A stretch of DNA of 64,000 nucleotides. It comes from Thiotrichales bacterium (GTDB taxonomy: Bacteria; Pseudomonadota; Gammaproteobacteria; Thiomicrospirales; Thiomicrospiraceae). The stretch is from assembly GCA_016936535.1 (NCBI GenBank), contig JAFGXP010000045.1:425-64424 (forward strand), given 5' to 3'. The position numbers and the translations under genes are program-made. Under the pieces are notes generated by a model. That model did no database searches, had not been told where the DNA came from, and saw nothing but the letters and a program-made list of their open reading frames with translations. Shown here one piece after another: positions 1-10,896 of this stretch (position 1 is its first letter; each line of letters starts with the position of its first letter).

Positions 1-338
1 GCTTGGATGTGTGCCTGGCAAGACTCTTCCGTTAAGAAGAAACCTGTACATTCGATAACCAAATCCGCGCCCACTTCATCCCATTTAAGGTCTGCTGGAT
101 TACGCTCTGCAGTGATACGAATTGTTTTGCCGTTAACAATTAGATTGCCATTTTCTACGGAAACCTCTCCGTCAAAACGACCATGTACTGAGTCGTATTT
201 CAGCATGTACGCCAAGTATTCAGGGTCAAGCAAGTCATTAATCGCAACAACTTCAATATCCTTAAAATCCTTAGCCGCAGCGCGGAAAGCCATACGACCG
301 ATACGGCCAAAACCATTGATACCAACTTTAATTGTCAT
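1..338 (-). CDS. gap: glyceraldehyde-3-phosphate dehydrogenase, N-terminal part (3' end runs off the window)
   Basis: The reverse complement of 338..241 reads [33 protein letters not shown], the GAPDH Rossmann N-terminus. It is missing from the ORF track because there is no stop in the window. The listed + ORF 7..369 is its antisense shadow. Confidence 0.85.
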   Translation of the reverse strand, partial: MTIKVGINGFGRIGRMAFRAAAKDFKDIEVVAINDLLDPEYLAYMLKYDSVHGRFDGEVSVENGNLIVNGKTIRITAERNPADLKWDEVGADLVIECTGFFLTEESCQAHIQ

Positions 339-424
339 TATCGTTTTCTCCAAAATTACACAGCAATAAACCACTATCACCGTTTCAAAAAAGGGATTCG
401 CAGCGGCCAACCTGGGCCGCCACG

Positions 425-448
425 CAAAATTCAAGCCCCTTTCGGGGC
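425..448 (-). terminator. weak intrinsic terminator or attenuator after tkt
   Basis: Hairpin gcccc(435-439)/ggggc(444-448) with a 4-nt loop. On the minus strand it is followed by ttgaattttg, an interrupted T-run. It lies 7 nt after the tkt stop. Confidence 0.4.
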
Positions 449-454
449 AAGGTG

Positions 455-2443
455 TTATTTGCCCAACACTTTGTTGGCAACGGCCACCACGTTCTCGACG
501 GTGAAACCAAACTCTTTGAACAGCAACTCAGCAGGAGCAGACTCACCGAAGGTCGTCATACCAACCACATCGCCATCTAAGCCAACGTACTTGTACCAGC
601 AATCTTTCACACCGGCTTCAATAGCAACGCGCTTAACCCCAGGAATCAGAACAGAATCTTTATAGGCTTGATCTTGAGCATCGTAAGCATCAGTACAAGG
701 CATTGAAACCACACGTACTTTTGCGTCCATTGCCGCAGCCGCTTCAACTGCCAATCCAACTTCGGAACCGGTTGAAATAAAGATAATATCTGGCGTGCCA
801 TCACAATCTTTAAGAACGTAACCACCCTTCTCGATATTTTTAACTTGCTCGGCAGTACGCGGCATTGGCGTCAAAGCTTGACGCGAGAAAACTAACGCGG
901 TAGGCGCCTTGTCACGCATCACGGCCACTTTCCATGAAACCGCTGACTCAACCGCATCACAACCGCGCCAAGTTTGGAAGTTAGGGATAACACGCATGGT
1001 AGCCATCTGCTCAACCGGCTGGTGCGTTGGGCCATCTTCACCTAGACCAATCGAGTCGTGCGTGTAAACATAGATGGTTCCAATTTTCATCAGGGCAGAC
1101 ATACGTAGGGCGTTACGCATGAACTCCATAAACATGAAGAAGGTGCCGCCAAACACTTTGAAACCACCATGCAGAACCATACCGTTCATCATGTGCGCCA
1201 TACCAAACTCACGCACACCCCAAGACAAGTAGTTTCCGTTGGCGTTTTCGCGATTGACCTTGACCATTTTTGACCAGTTGGTCAAGTTTGAACCAGTCAA
1301 ATCGGCTGAACCACCGAACAACTCAGGCATCAATGAACCCAATTTCTCAATCGCTTTCTGTGAAGCTTGACGAGACGCCAACTTCGGCATATCCGCTTGA
1401 GTTTGCGCAATGAAAGCATCCATCTCAACTTCAAAATTCGCCGGCAATTCGCCAGCCATACGGCGTTCAAACTCAAGCGCTTCGGCTGGGTAGGCCGCTT
1501 TATAAGCTGCAAATTTTTCGTTCCATGCCGCTTCGTCTTTTAAACCCTGTGCCTTGTGATCCCATCCCGCGTAAATCTCTTCAGGAATCTCAAAAGGCGC
1601 GTGTGGCCAGTTCAACTCTTCACGAACCAAGGCGATTTCATCATCACCTAAAGGCGCGCCGTGACAAGAGTATTTACCGCACTTGTTTGGTGAACCGTAA
1701 CCAATGACGGTCTTAGTACAGATTAGAGAAGGTTTATCCGTTACAGACTTCGCTTCTTCGATCGCTTTATTGATTGCGTCTGCATCGTGACCATCCACAT
1801 TCGGAATCACATGCCAATCGTAAGCTTTAAAACGCCCCGGAACGCCTTTTTCCATCCAATCGCCGATATTACCGTCGATTGAAATATCGTTGTCATCCCA
1901 GAAGGCAATCAGCTTGCCAAGACCCAGCGTACCGGCCAACGCACAAGACTCGTGCGATAGACCTTCCATCAAACAGCCGTCACCCATAAAGACATAAGTA
2001 TGGTGATCAACAATTTCGTGTCCAGGTTTATTGAATTGTGCTGCCAAAGTACGCTCAGCAATCGCCATACCGACCGCGTTAGTAATCCCTTGACCTAGCG
2101 GACCCGTGGTTGTTTCGATACCGTCTGCATAACCGTACTCAGGGTGACCCGCCGTTTTAGCATGCAACTGACGGAACTGCTTAATGTCATCCATGCTCAG
2201 GTTGTAACCACTTAGGTGCAGTAGAGAGTAAAGCAGCATTGAGCCGTGACCGTTTGACAAAACAAAGCGATCACGATCGACCCACTTTGCATTGGACGGA
2301 TTGTATTTCATGTGGCTGTTCCACAAGACTTCGGCGATATCCGCCATCCCCATTGGGGCGCCAGGGTGGCCTGAGTTGGCTTTCTGAACCGCGTCCATAC
2401 TCAGTGCGCGGATAGCATTTGCTAAATCTCTACGAGTTGCCAT
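455..2443 (-). CDS. tkt: transketolase
   Basis: N-terminus [41 protein letters not shown] is near-identical to E. coli Tkt, and the TPP motif GDGCLMEG is present. I set the start at ATG 2443 (SD gagga upstream) rather than the TTG at 2455. Confidence 0.97.
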   Translation of the reverse strand: MATRRDLANAIRALSMDAVQKANSGHPGAPMGMADIAEVLWNSHMKYNPSNAKWVDRDRFVLSNGHGSMLLYSLLHLSGYNLSMDDIKQFRQLHAKTAGHPEYGYADGIETTTGPLGQGITNAVGMAIAERTLAAQFNKPGHEIVDHHTYVFMGDGCLMEGLSHESCALAGTLGLGKLIAFWDDNDISIDGNIGDWMEKGVPGRFKAYDWHVIPNVDGHDADAINKAIEEAKSVTDKPSLICTKTVIGYGSPNKCGKYSCHGAPLGDDEIALVREELNWPHAPFEIPEEIYAGWDHKAQGLKDEAAWNEKFAAYKAAYPAEALEFERRMAGELPANFEVEMDAFIAQTQADMPKLASRQASQKAIEKLGSLMPELFGGSADLTGSNLTNWSKMVKVNRENANGNYLSWGVREFGMAHMMNGMVLHGGFKVFGGTFFMFMEFMRNALRMSALMKIGTIYVYTHDSIGLGEDGPTHQPVEQMATMRVIPNFQTWRGCDAVESAVSWKVAVMRDKAPTALVFSRQALTPMPRTAEQVKNIEKGGYVLKDCDGTPDIIFISTGSEVGLAVEAAAAMDAKVRVVSMPCTDAYDAQDQAYKDSVLIPGVKRVAIEAGVKDCWYKYVGLDGDVVGMTTFGESAPAELLFKEFGFTVENVVAVANKVLGK

Positions 2444-2702
2444 AGTTTTCCTCAATTTTTATAGAAAAAATTCGCTTGATGCGGAGCCTGATGTGATGAA
2501 GTTTTTAAGGGATTTCAGAACCTTAAGGCTGGCCACAGGGTAAATTTGGTCGCCTATTCTCTCTCATATTAATTCTTTCATCAAGTTTTCTTAATGATTC
2601 GCAAGCAATCTCTAGGGAAAGAAATTACGTAAAAATCATTAAAAATCAGCTCATTAGCCGCCATATCCGTCCCAACGTGGACTTTTTTGAACGATTTTGG
2701 GT

Positions 2703-5700
2703 TCAAACCAAGTTCGAAGGGGCAGGAACTGTCATCTGCTCACTCTGTCCCTGCCATTTAAGCCTGGCCTGCTCATACCAGGAGAGCATCGCGGGCAACA
2801 CCAGTAAAATCAGCAAGGTAGAAAACGCCAAGCCAAACGCAATCGCCGTGGCCATGGGAATCAGGAATTGTGCTTGCAGCGACGTTTCAAACAACAAGGG
2901 CGTTAAACCGGCAATCGTGGTTAAAGAGGTCAACAGAACCGCGCGCACCCGCTGCACCACCGCCTCTTCTAGCGCTTGATTCACGGATAAGCCTACTTCG
3001 CGCAACCGCTTGTAAAAACTGACCAAAATAATTGAATCGTTAACCACTATCCCAGATAAAGCAAAAAAGCCGAATAAAGAGAGGATGGTCATCTCAATAC
3101 CCATCCACCAGTGCCCCATAATCGCGCCAATCAAACCAAATGGAATCGCCATCATTACCACCAACGGCCAACCATAAGATCCAAACACCCAAGCCAGTAC
3201 GATGTAAATCATTGCCAAACCGACCAGCAGGCCAATTTTCATATCCCCAAGCGTTTCGGACTGGCGCGCCTTCTGCCCTTCCACTTCATAACGAATGCCA
3301 TATTTTGCTTGCAACTGCGGCAGCGTATTGGCCTCTAAACTGGCTAAAATTCGATTGGCGTTGTTCACGGTTTTATCCACCTCGCCAATCACCGTTACCG
3401 CGAGTAAGCCATCAACATGGCGAATAACATCAAAACCGCGTTGGTTCTGCCAAGTAGCGACCACACTCAGCGGCACGCGCTCACCATTTGGTGCAACCAC
3501 TTGCATCTTATTCAAGGTGGATAAAGTACCTTGTTCTTGACGCGGGTACTGAACGCGTACTTCAACTTCATCTTCCGCATCGGTAAAAATCTGTACCAAA
3601 CGCCCAGAGAATGCATCAGACAATTGACGTCCCAAAGAGACATAACTAAAACCAAGCGCCTCACCCTGTGCGGTTAAACGATAAACCAATTGATCACGAC
3701 CATAGGGCAGATCGTCGCGCACCGCACTAACACCCGTTACCTGGTTCAATACTTCTTGCAACGCCAAAGAAGCCGCCTTCAACTGCTGCGGATTAGCGCC
3801 GCTGAGACGAATATCAATATCACTCCCAGGGGGACCCATTCGCGGGGCTTCAATGGTGAGCACCTCCAACCCAGGCACCGTACCGGCTTTTTCTTGCCAG
3901 ACACGAATAAACTCCGAATTTAGGGTTTTACGCTGATCCGGTTCAACCAACTCAATATTAATCCCAGAAAAATTCGCACCGGTTTGCCGCGTACTTTCGT
4001 TGTAATGCACCACCGCCACCTTCAAGATACCCGGCTCCAGCTCTTGCTCTGTGGCCAACAATGCTTGATACAACTGATCAACGTACTGACTTGAAACCTC
4101 CGAAGGCGTTCCTGCCACAAAACGGGCATCCGCACTGAGCTTGGCGGAATCCGGCGAAGGAAAGAAGACAAAACCCAAGCGTCCGCCAATTAAGAGCGCC
4201 AGCGCTAAAATCATTAAGGCCAAGGCACTGCTGACGGTGATGGAACGGTGTGCTAAACACCAACGCACAAGTGCACGAAATTGATGATGACGAAAATGAT
4301 CGATGGCCCCGTCTAAACGAAAGCGCACACTCCCAGGTGCTGCAGGTTGAACCTTATGCAAGGCTTGACGTAAATGCCCCGGCAAAATAGTGAAACTCTC
4401 CAATAAAGAGGCCAGAATGACCGCAATAATGACCAGCGGAATGGCAAACAAAATGTTACCAACTTCGCCACCAATCAACATCAGGGGTAAAAACGCCGCC
4501 ACTGTCGTCAATGAGGAAGCCGTTACCGGCCAGAACATTCGATGCGCACCGCCTTCTGCAGCCTGTAAAGCAGATTCGCCCCGTTCGTGATGAGCCAGCG
4601 CATCCTCACCCACCACAATGGCATCATCAACAATAATCCCCAGCGCCATAATCAAACCAAACAGACTAATCATATTGATTGAGCCACCGGCCAGATGCAG
4701 AATCATTAAGGTTGCCATAAAAGACACGGGAATCCCGACCGCAATCCAAAAAGCCACTCGACCATTCATGAAAAGATACAGAATCAAAATGACTAAAATC
4801 AGACCGCCCACCCCATTGGTCACCAGCAGATGAATTCGCTGACTGACCAAAGACCAAGTCTCATCGTACACCTGGAGAATCACACCTTGCGGCAATTGAG
4901 GTTCGGTTTGCGCCAGCCACTCTTGCAACACCTTAGACGACTTGAGGGTGTCACCGCTTTCCGATCTTTGCAGAATCATCTCAATCGCTGGATAGCCATT
5001 CACCATTAAATAAGGGGCATCTTTTTGCGGACGCCGTTCAATCTGGGCCAATTCACCCAAGGTGACCTTTTCATTACTTGACGTGACAATAGGGGTTTGC
5101 GCAAAGGCCAATTCATCGCGCTTTTGCTGCAAGGCTCTGAGTTCGCGCGCGCTATCGTCGGACCCGACCGTACCGGCCGGTAAATCACGACTCATCGACG
5201 CTAATTGATTGCCGACCGCTTCCAACGTTAATTGATACTGCTCCAATTTCTGTTGTGAAACCTCGACCGACATTTCTTCAACCGGCAGACCATTAAAACC
5301 AATCTTATCAATCCCTCGGTCCAGTAACTCCCGTTCATACTGACGCACCAAAGGCCGTAATGCTTCTAGAGAACCGTTCTGGCTCAAAACCAATAAGCGG
5401 GCGACTGGCTCATAGCGCACCAGCCGCTCAATCACTGGCGTCTGAATATCCTGCGGCAAACTGCGCAGCTCGCTGACACGTTGGTTGACTTGGTCCAAGG
5501 CTTCAATCATATCGGTGCCTTGCGCAAACTTAAGCGTAACGGTCGCCACCCCCTGGGCAGAAGTCGACGTCATCTCATCCAAACCGTCCAAATTGCGCAG
5601 CACGCGCTCAATCGGTTCGGTCACCGACTTTTCGACATCCTCAGCATTCGCTCCCGGCCAAATGACTCGCACCGTGGCGTAGTCCAACTCAAAGTTGGGG

Positions 5701-5888
5701 AAAAACTGCACATTCAATTTAAACAAGGCCACAATACCAGCCAAAAGCATAATCACCATCAGGAGATTAGGGGCGACCTTATGCCGTGCAAAAATGCCAA
5801 TCACACCATGGGTTTTAAATGGCTTTTCCGGTACCGAATAATCGTGATCTTTATCGTGAAGCGATGGCGTATTGCTTGACTCGTTCAT
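2703..5888 (-). CDS. RND efflux transporter permease (AcrB/HAE family)
   Basis: 1061 aa with the typical RND layout of two large periplasmic loops and about 12 hydrophobic segments. Its ATG overlaps the stop of the upstream membrane fusion protein gene (ATGA at 5885-5888). Confidence 0.9.
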   Translation of the reverse strand: MNESSNTPSLHDKDHDYSVPEKPFKTHGVIGIFARHKVAPNLLMVIMLLAGIVALFKLNVQFFPNFELDYATVRVIWPGANAEDVEKSVTEPIERVLRNLDGLDEMTSTSAQGVATVTLKFAQGTDMIEALDQVNQRVSELRSLPQDIQTPVIERLVRYEPVARLLVLSQNGSLEALRPLVRQYERELLDRGIDKIGFNGLPVEEMSVEVSQQKLEQYQLTLEAVGNQLASMSRDLPAGTVGSDDSARELRALQQKRDELAFAQTPIVTSSNEKVTLGELAQIERRPQKDAPYLMVNGYPAIEMILQRSESGDTLKSSKVLQEWLAQTEPQLPQGVILQVYDETWSLVSQRIHLLVTNGVGGLILVILILYLFMNGRVAFWIAVGIPVSFMATLMILHLAGGSINMISLFGLIMALGIIVDDAIVVGEDALAHHERGESALQAAEGGAHRMFWPVTASSLTTVAAFLPLMLIGGEVGNILFAIPLVIIAVILASLLESFTILPGHLRQALHKVQPAAPGSVRFRLDGAIDHFRHHQFRALVRWCLAHRSITVSSALALMILALALLIGGRLGFVFFPSPDSAKLSADARFVAGTPSEVSSQYVDQLYQALLATEQELEPGILKVAVVHYNESTRQTGANFSGINIELVEPDQRKTLNSEFIRVWQEKAGTVPGLEVLTIEAPRMGPPGSDIDIRLSGANPQQLKAASLALQEVLNQVTGVSAVRDDLPYGRDQLVYRLTAQGEALGFSYVSLGRQLSDAFSGRLVQIFTDAEDEVEVRVQYPRQEQGTLSTLNKMQVVAPNGERVPLSVVATWQNQRGFDVIRHVDGLLAVTVIGEVDKTVNNANRILASLEANTLPQLQAKYGIRYEVEGQKARQSETLGDMKIGLLVGLAMIYIVLAWVFGSYGWPLVVMMAIPFGLIGAIMGHWWMGIEMTILSLFGFFALSGIVVNDSIILVSFYKRLREVGLSVNQALEEAVVQRVRAVLLTSLTTIAGLTPLLFETSLQAQFLIPMATAIAFGLAFSTLLILLVLPAMLSWYEQARLKWQGQSEQMTVPAPSNLV

Positions 5889-7117
5889 GGCTGAACCTCA
5901 ACCACTTTCAACCCATCAATCGCATTAGGAAGATGCGTTACCAAGAGTTTTTGTCCATCACGCAGCGCCTCCCCGCGAATCAAGGCCATCGCCTTACCTT
6001 CACGCATCAACTCTCCCTTAATTTCAACTGCAACGGCCTGCAAACGCTGATCAACAACAACATAGACCCGGTCATTACCGTAAATCGCACTGAAAGGAAC
6101 CGCTACGACCTGCTCTAAGGATTGTCCACGGAATTGGACCGCCAGCAATTCACCTGGACGCTTGGTTTGTAGCTTCTCTGGCAGGGCAAAATACGCATCC
6201 ACCCCGCTGGTTGACGCCTCACCCGCCAAACGCAACAAAGGTAATTCATGCTCTTGCTGAGCATCGCGGAGATACGCATTCAAAGGCGACGGTTTCTGCA
6301 ATGCCTGCTGTGCTTGCACCAAGCTACTGACCGGTAACTTGGCTTTGAATTCCATGCTATCCAACCCATAAAAACTGACCAAAGCGCTCCCTGGATTGAC
6401 TCGATCACCTTCACTCACCGCAACCGTAGCCACACGGGCCGCATAGGGAGCTCGCACCACGCCGCGTTTTTGGTTAAGCTCTACCTGCTGCAAAGCGGCT
6501 TGTGCTTTTTGCAACCGTGCTTGCAATTGCATTCCTTGTGCATCCGCTTGTTGCACTGCCAGCGTTGCCCCAACCACAACATACTCCTGCTTAACCAAAG
6601 CTTCTTTAGCGGCATCAACCACCGATTGCGCCGCCAAATTCTTCTGCAGCAGCGTTCGCGCACGGCTGAGCGCTTCTTGTTTTAATTCCAACACCTTTTG
6701 CTCATGTACCAAACGCTGCTGATTAGCTTGTACATTCAAGGCCTGCAATTTCAATTGCGCTTTCGCATCAGCTGCATCGGCACGAGCTTGAACGACCGGT
6801 ATCGTCATATCCTCGGCTGCAAGGGCAATCAGGGTTTGGCCCGCCTTAACTTCATCACCCGGTTTGACCGCTACCTGCGCCACCACGGCGGCAATTGGTG
6901 CCGCCGCCTGCACCATTGCATTGGATTCCACCTGACCATACAAGGTTTGGCTTGCGGCCAACTGCGCCAATTGCACAGTTTGGGTATTGACCATCCACAC
7001 TTTTTCTTTGATTTCAACGGGAGGCTGTTGTAGTTTGCTGTTTTTTAAAACAACAAAGGCCGCGATTGCCATACCTAATATCACCAAAGGCAAGATTCGC
7101 TTAATCCATTTGCTCAT
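5885..7117 (-). CDS. RND efflux periplasmic adaptor (membrane fusion protein, HlyD_D23 type)
   Basis: N-terminal TM segment (ILPLVILGMAIAAFVV), a Q/A-rich coiled-coil hairpin and a beta-barrel C-terminus. It is translationally coupled to the RND permease. Confidence 0.85.
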   Translation of the reverse strand: MSKWIKRILPLVILGMAIAAFVVLKNSKLQQPPVEIKEKVWMVNTQTVQLAQLAASQTLYGQVESNAMVQAAAPIAAVVAQVAVKPGDEVKAGQTLIALAAEDMTIPVVQARADAADAKAQLKLQALNVQANQQRLVHEQKVLELKQEALSRARTLLQKNLAAQSVVDAAKEALVKQEYVVVGATLAVQQADAQGMQLQARLQKAQAALQQVELNQKRGVVRAPYAARVATVAVSEGDRVNPGSALVSFYGLDSMEFKAKLPVSSLVQAQQALQKPSPLNAYLRDAQQEHELPLLRLAGEASTSGVDAYFALPEKLQTKRPGELLAVQFRGQSLEQVVAVPFSAIYGNDRVYVVVDQRLQAVAVEIKGELMREGKAMALIRGEALRDGQKLLVTHLPNAIDGLKVVEVQP

Positions 7118-7377
7118 GTGTTTGCCTCAACCTTGTTTGTTGTCGGTTCTACGACTCAGCGCTAATATAAAGTAAAAACGAAAGAGCACCCGAGTCGCTC
7201 TCGCATTAAAAACGTCTAATCATGCCGGAATTCAGGCAAAAAATCGATAGTCTCAAACATGAAGAAAACGTGGCTGCTCCGCGAAAATACGCAAGACGTT
7301 GCACTTTGAATAAGAGATTGCTAAGATTCATCCATTAAAAACACTTATACCTAAATAAACTTTAACAGGAGAACATC

Positions 7378-7947
7378 ATGAAAAAATCGGTTTTATCGAT
7401 CTTATTAGCCGGCCTTACGCTGAACGTTCAAGCCAGCGAACCTCATCCTGCCAATCTTGAAGCCCGCTCAATCGTTAAAGAATTTGGCGGTCAACTACAG
7501 CCTGCATTACAAGCGGCGATGAAAGCTGGTGGTCCAGTCGCGGCCATTGACGTTTGTCAAACTAAAGCACCCGCGATTGCCAAAGATTTAAGCGCAAAAC
7601 ACGCATGGAACGTCAACCGCGTTAGCCTTAAACCTCGTGGCGCGACCGCTACCCCAGACGCATGGGAAACCGCCACGCTAAAATGGTTTGACGAACAAAT
7701 CGCTGCGGGCGTAGATCCCAAAACCCTAGAAAAATTTGAAATTGTTAAGGCCGATGGCGCAGAGACCATCCGCTATATGAAACCGGTTATGACCGCTGGC
7801 TTGTGCCTGACTTGCCACGGATCAGAGCAGCAAATCCCCGCTCCGGTTAAAGCCAAACTGGCTGAAGTCTATCCAAACGATACCGCGATTGGTTACCAAG
7901 AAGGTAACGTGCGTGGTGCTTTTAGCTTCCAAAAAGCCGCTCAATAA
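7378..7947 (+). CDS. periplasmic c-type haem protein, DUF3365/Tll0287-like
   Basis: SD aggag, signal peptide MKKSVLSILLAGLTLNVQA and a single CxxCH motif (CLTCH). The overall similarity to DUF3365 proteins is judged from memory. Confidence 0.7.
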   Translation: MKKSVLSILLAGLTLNVQASEPHPANLEARSIVKEFGGQLQPALQAAMKAGGPVAAIDVCQTKAPAIAKDLSAKHAWNVNRVSLKPRGATATPDAWETATLKWFDEQIAAGVDPKTLEKFEIVKADGAETIRYMKPVMTAGLCLTCHGSEQQIPAPVKAKLAEVYPNDTAIGYQEGNVRGAFSFQKAAQ

Positions 7948-7958
7948 TACCCCTTCAA

Positions 7959-7990
7959 AAAAGCCCCTTCTCCGTTCAAATGGGGCTTTT
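7959..7990. terminator. bidirectional intrinsic terminator between convergent DUF3365 and cca genes
   Basis: Arms aaaagcccc (7959-7967) and ggggctttt (7982-7990) flank the loop. T-runs are present on both strands; the minus strand reads ggggcttttttg. Confidence 0.7.
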
Positions 7991-8002
7991 AACTGCATAA
8001 GG

Positions 8003-9274
8003 TTAGGCTTCGCCAGAAGCCTCGTTTGTCACAGTACGGTATTGCGTTAGAAACGCGTGAATATTGGCAATTCTTTGCAGACGAACCTGTTCGGCAAATT
8101 CCACACCCTGATATCCTTTAGCAATTATCACCTGATTATCAACGGCACTCGCTGCCTGCAGCAACGCAGACCAAAAGGGAAGTTGTGGATAATCGCACCG
8201 TTCAAAACCCAGTCGTCCACGCGCATCGGCCTGACACACTATGAGCAATTCTGAAAATTCGACGGGATCACGATAGGCTCCGCACTCATGAAAAACCTTA
8301 TGATAGGTTTTTGCCTGCAATGCCGGCTGCCCTTCTCTGAGCCCAGAATGAATCAAACCATGATATTCCGTGACTTTCCGTGCCAGTTGTTCGACTTTTT
8401 TCGGTACGCGGTAACGTGCGCAGAGTGCCGCAACCAAGGGGACGCCTGCGGCTTCATGACCATGATGCTTTGGCCAAAGCTCTGGCGGGGTAAGACTCTT
8501 ACCTAAATCGTGCACCAGTGCCGCAAAACGAACGGCCAGATGTTGACTTAATTCACAAGCGGCCTCCAGCACCATTAAAGTGTGAATCCACGCATCCCCT
8601 TCCGGGTGATATTTCACGGGCTGCGCAACGCCCTTAAGCGCATGCAGCTCGGCAAACAAAACAGGCAGAGCCCCCACCGCATCCAGCACCTCAAAAAAAC
8701 GCCGCGGTTGTGCACAGGCCATTGCCTTCACCACCTCTTGCCACACCCGCTCTGGTGTTAAAGCTTGTAACTCGCCCCCTGCACTCATCTGCTGCATCAA
8801 GACTTGGGTTTCCTCCGCCAAATGAAAGCCAAAAGGGGCCAGTTTTGCGGCAAACCGCGCCACACGCAAAACCCGTAAAGGGTCTTCATTAAAAGCAGGA
8901 GAAACATGGCGCAGCACACGATTTTGCAAATCTTGCTGACCGCCGTAAGGATCGATGAGGGTACCGTCTTCGGCTTTCGCCATCGCATTGATGGTCAAAT
9001 CTCGGCGCAGTAAATCTTGCTCTAGGGTAATGTTGACGTCAGCCCACACACTAAAACCGTGATAACCCACGCCTTGTTTACGCTCTGTGCGTGCCAAGGC
9101 GTACTCTTCTTTGGTTGTGGGGTGTAAAAAAACTGGAAAATCTTTGCCTACTGGTAAAAACCCCTGCGCTAGCATTTGCTGCGGGGTCGCGCCAACCACG
9201 ACCCAATCCTGATCGTAAACCGGGACACCAAGCAATCGATCGCGCACTGCGCCACCCACCAAATAAGTTTGCAT
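8003..9274 (-). CDS. cca: multifunctional CCA-adding tRNA nucleotidyltransferase with HD domain
   Basis: Starts [16 protein letters not shown] (GGxVRD motif) and has the HD motif VHDLGK. I set the start at ATG 9274; the 30-codon upstream extension in the track has no homology support. Confidence 0.92.
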   Translation of the reverse strand: MQTYLVGGAVRDRLLGVPVYDQDWVVVGATPQQMLAQGFLPVGKDFPVFLHPTTKEEYALARTERKQGVGYHGFSVWADVNITLEQDLLRRDLTINAMAKAEDGTLIDPYGGQQDLQNRVLRHVSPAFNEDPLRVLRVARFAAKLAPFGFHLAEETQVLMQQMSAGGELQALTPERVWQEVVKAMACAQPRRFFEVLDAVGALPVLFAELHALKGVAQPVKYHPEGDAWIHTLMVLEAACELSQHLAVRFAALVHDLGKSLTPPELWPKHHGHEAAGVPLVAALCARYRVPKKVEQLARKVTEYHGLIHSGLREGQPALQAKTYHKVFHECGAYRDPVEFSELLIVCQADARGRLGFERCDYPQLPFWSALLQAASAVDNQVIIAKGYQGVEFAEQVRLQRIANIHAFLTQYRTVTNEASGEA

Positions 9275-9370
9275 AAAAATTCCTTTTCGAGGCCGCTCTA
9301 TTTCGTAACAGGGGGTGCAGAGGCATAAACCGCTTTGCGCAAACCCTGAAAACTCAAAAGTCACCCTTAA

Positions 9371-9408
9371 AGAAGCAAAAAGCCGTCAAGTGACGGCTTT
9401 TTGCTTCT
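9371..9408 (-). terminator. 38-bp perfect palindrome, intrinsic terminator after the NDUFA9-like gene
   Basis: agaagcaaaaagccgtca / tgacggctttttgcttct gives 18-bp arms. The gccgtca core is followed by ttttt on both strands. It starts 6 nt after the stop at 9414. Confidence 0.7.
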
Positions 9409-9413
9409 TGTTG

Positions 9414-10370
9414 TTAATCGCGATTGGCGTATTGCCGAAAACGGTTGTAGCGTTCTCGCTGGTGTTTTGGTTGAGCATAGTCAGCAATCACAGGCCCAAT
9501 TGCCATGGGTTCAAAACCAAAGTGGTCAGCAAAAACCTGATCCGTCGTCGCATCTTTCTGCAGAGTAAGTAACTGCGATTTACTGACGGAGACCACCGGT
9601 GCCAGAGCGCCGAGCGCTGCCATAATTCGGGCATTTAGACGGCACATTGGAAAAACCACAGCATCTTTTGCTTGCATCAAATCTGCGACCAAGCGCCCCA
9701 AATCCTTTAGGCGCATCGCTTCAGATCCGGCCACATCGATTTTTTTACCGAAAAACGCCGGCTGATCAATGGCAGCAACCAATGCCTTTGCAAAGTCTTT
9801 CACCCACAAAGGCTGAACTTCAGTATTCGCGTTTGCCAACATTAATACCGGCATTCGCTGCAACTGTTGAATAAAGCGCTGAGTGGTATCGTCTTGCTCG
9901 CCAATCAATAGACCAGCCTTCAAAACCGTTACCTTCGCATTGGCGATGGTATTCATATGATTGTCAAAATTTGCCAAGGCACCCAACCAACAATGGCTGT
10001 CTTGTTCGGTACTGGCGCCAATCTGTGAGAGGCTAAGCACTCGCTCAACGCCGGCACTCTCCATCGCGGTTTTAAGTTTAAGTGACACCCTGTCAAAGGC
10101 ATCATGCTCAACCTGCTCGGTTCCCGTGGTACGGTCGGCAATCAGATTGACCACAATTTTGGTCGGCCGCAACAAGGCAACCAAAGCCGTCTGATTATCG
10201 AAGCTATCCAGCGCAACCAATCTGCAATTAGGGTAGAGCGCAAACTCACGGAAACGCTCGGGACGACGAACCACCAATTGAATATGATAGCCGGCTTTAG
10301 AAAGTTGATTCACCACCGCACGACCAACAAACCCGGTGCCGCCAAAGACGGTGACTTTATTTCCTAACAT
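9414..10370 (-). CDS. NAD(P)H-binding SDR / complex I NDUFA9-like protein
   Basis: Rossmann motif VFGGTGFVGRAVV immediately after the ATG at 10370. Confidence 0.8.
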   Translation of the reverse strand: MLGNKVTVFGGTGFVGRAVVNQLSKAGYHIQLVVRRPERFREFALYPNCRLVALDSFDNQTALVALLRPTKIVVNLIADRTTGTEQVEHDAFDRVSLKLKTAMESAGVERVLSLSQIGASTEQDSHCWLGALANFDNHMNTIANAKVTVLKAGLLIGEQDDTTQRFIQQLQRMPVLMLANANTEVQPLWVKDFAKALVAAIDQPAFFGKKIDVAGSEAMRLKDLGRLVADLMQAKDAVVFPMCRLNARIMAALGALAPVVSVSKSQLLTLQKDATTDQVFADHFGFEPMAIGPVIADYAQPKHQRERYNRFRQYANRD

Positions 10371-10457
10371 GTGCAAATTCCAATGCTGAGTTTCAAATCG
10401 GCAAAGGATAATCAATCCGCCAAGGTTTGGTCAAGTTTTTCATGGTGTTAGAGTTTT

Positions 10458-10466
10458 TGTTACAAT
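10458..10466 (+). promoter_or_regulatory. candidate extended -10 promoter element for ycgL
   Basis: tgttacaat matches the TGnTAnAAT pattern, 32 nt upstream of ATG 10498. No good -35 element was found. Confidence 0.3.
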
Positions 10467-10497
10467 GGGCGCTTTAACGCTAACCACAGGCCAATTT

Positions 10498-10794
10498 ATG
10501 CAAGCCATTCAAGTTTCCGCTTACCGCAGCCCAAAAAAACAGGAGCTGTATCTTTTTGTTCCGCAAGCCGATGGGTTGGAAAAATTGCCCAAAGAACTGC
10601 TGGTGATGTTTGGCCAACCGCAATTTGTGTTTGATTTCACCCTTACGCCAGAGCGCAAAATGGCGCGCGAAGACGCCGTCGAGGTGTACCAAGCACTCAA
10701 CACCAAAGGGTTTTATATGCAAATGCCACCGCATGAAATTGAAAAACTCAGCAACTATGCACCGCCACCCGAAACGCTGGACAATATTTATTAA
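10498..10794 (+). CDS. ycgL: YcgL domain protein
   Basis: VSAYRSPKKQELYLFVPQ...LPKELLVMFGQPQ...GFYMQMPP aligns with E. coli YcgL (VIYRSSKRDQTYLYV...VPEELMKGFGQPQ...GYYLQLPP). Confidence 0.85.
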   Translation: MQAIQVSAYRSPKKQELYLFVPQADGLEKLPKELLVMFGQPQFVFDFTLTPERKMAREDAVEVYQALNTKGFYMQMPPHEIEKLSNYAPPPETLDNIY

Positions 10795-10896
10795 CAAAAT
10801 AGGACCTTGCAGAGTGCTCTGCGCGTTGGTTTACAAATTCCACTCGGTCGCTACAATAGGTCGTGTTTTCTCATTCACTGTTCAAAGGAACTTAAA

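Noticed and set aside
7-369. 120-aa + strand ORF at the left edge
   Set aside because: It is the antisense shadow of the gap gene. The minus strand reads [15 protein letters not shown]..., whereas the + ORF product has no recognisable features.
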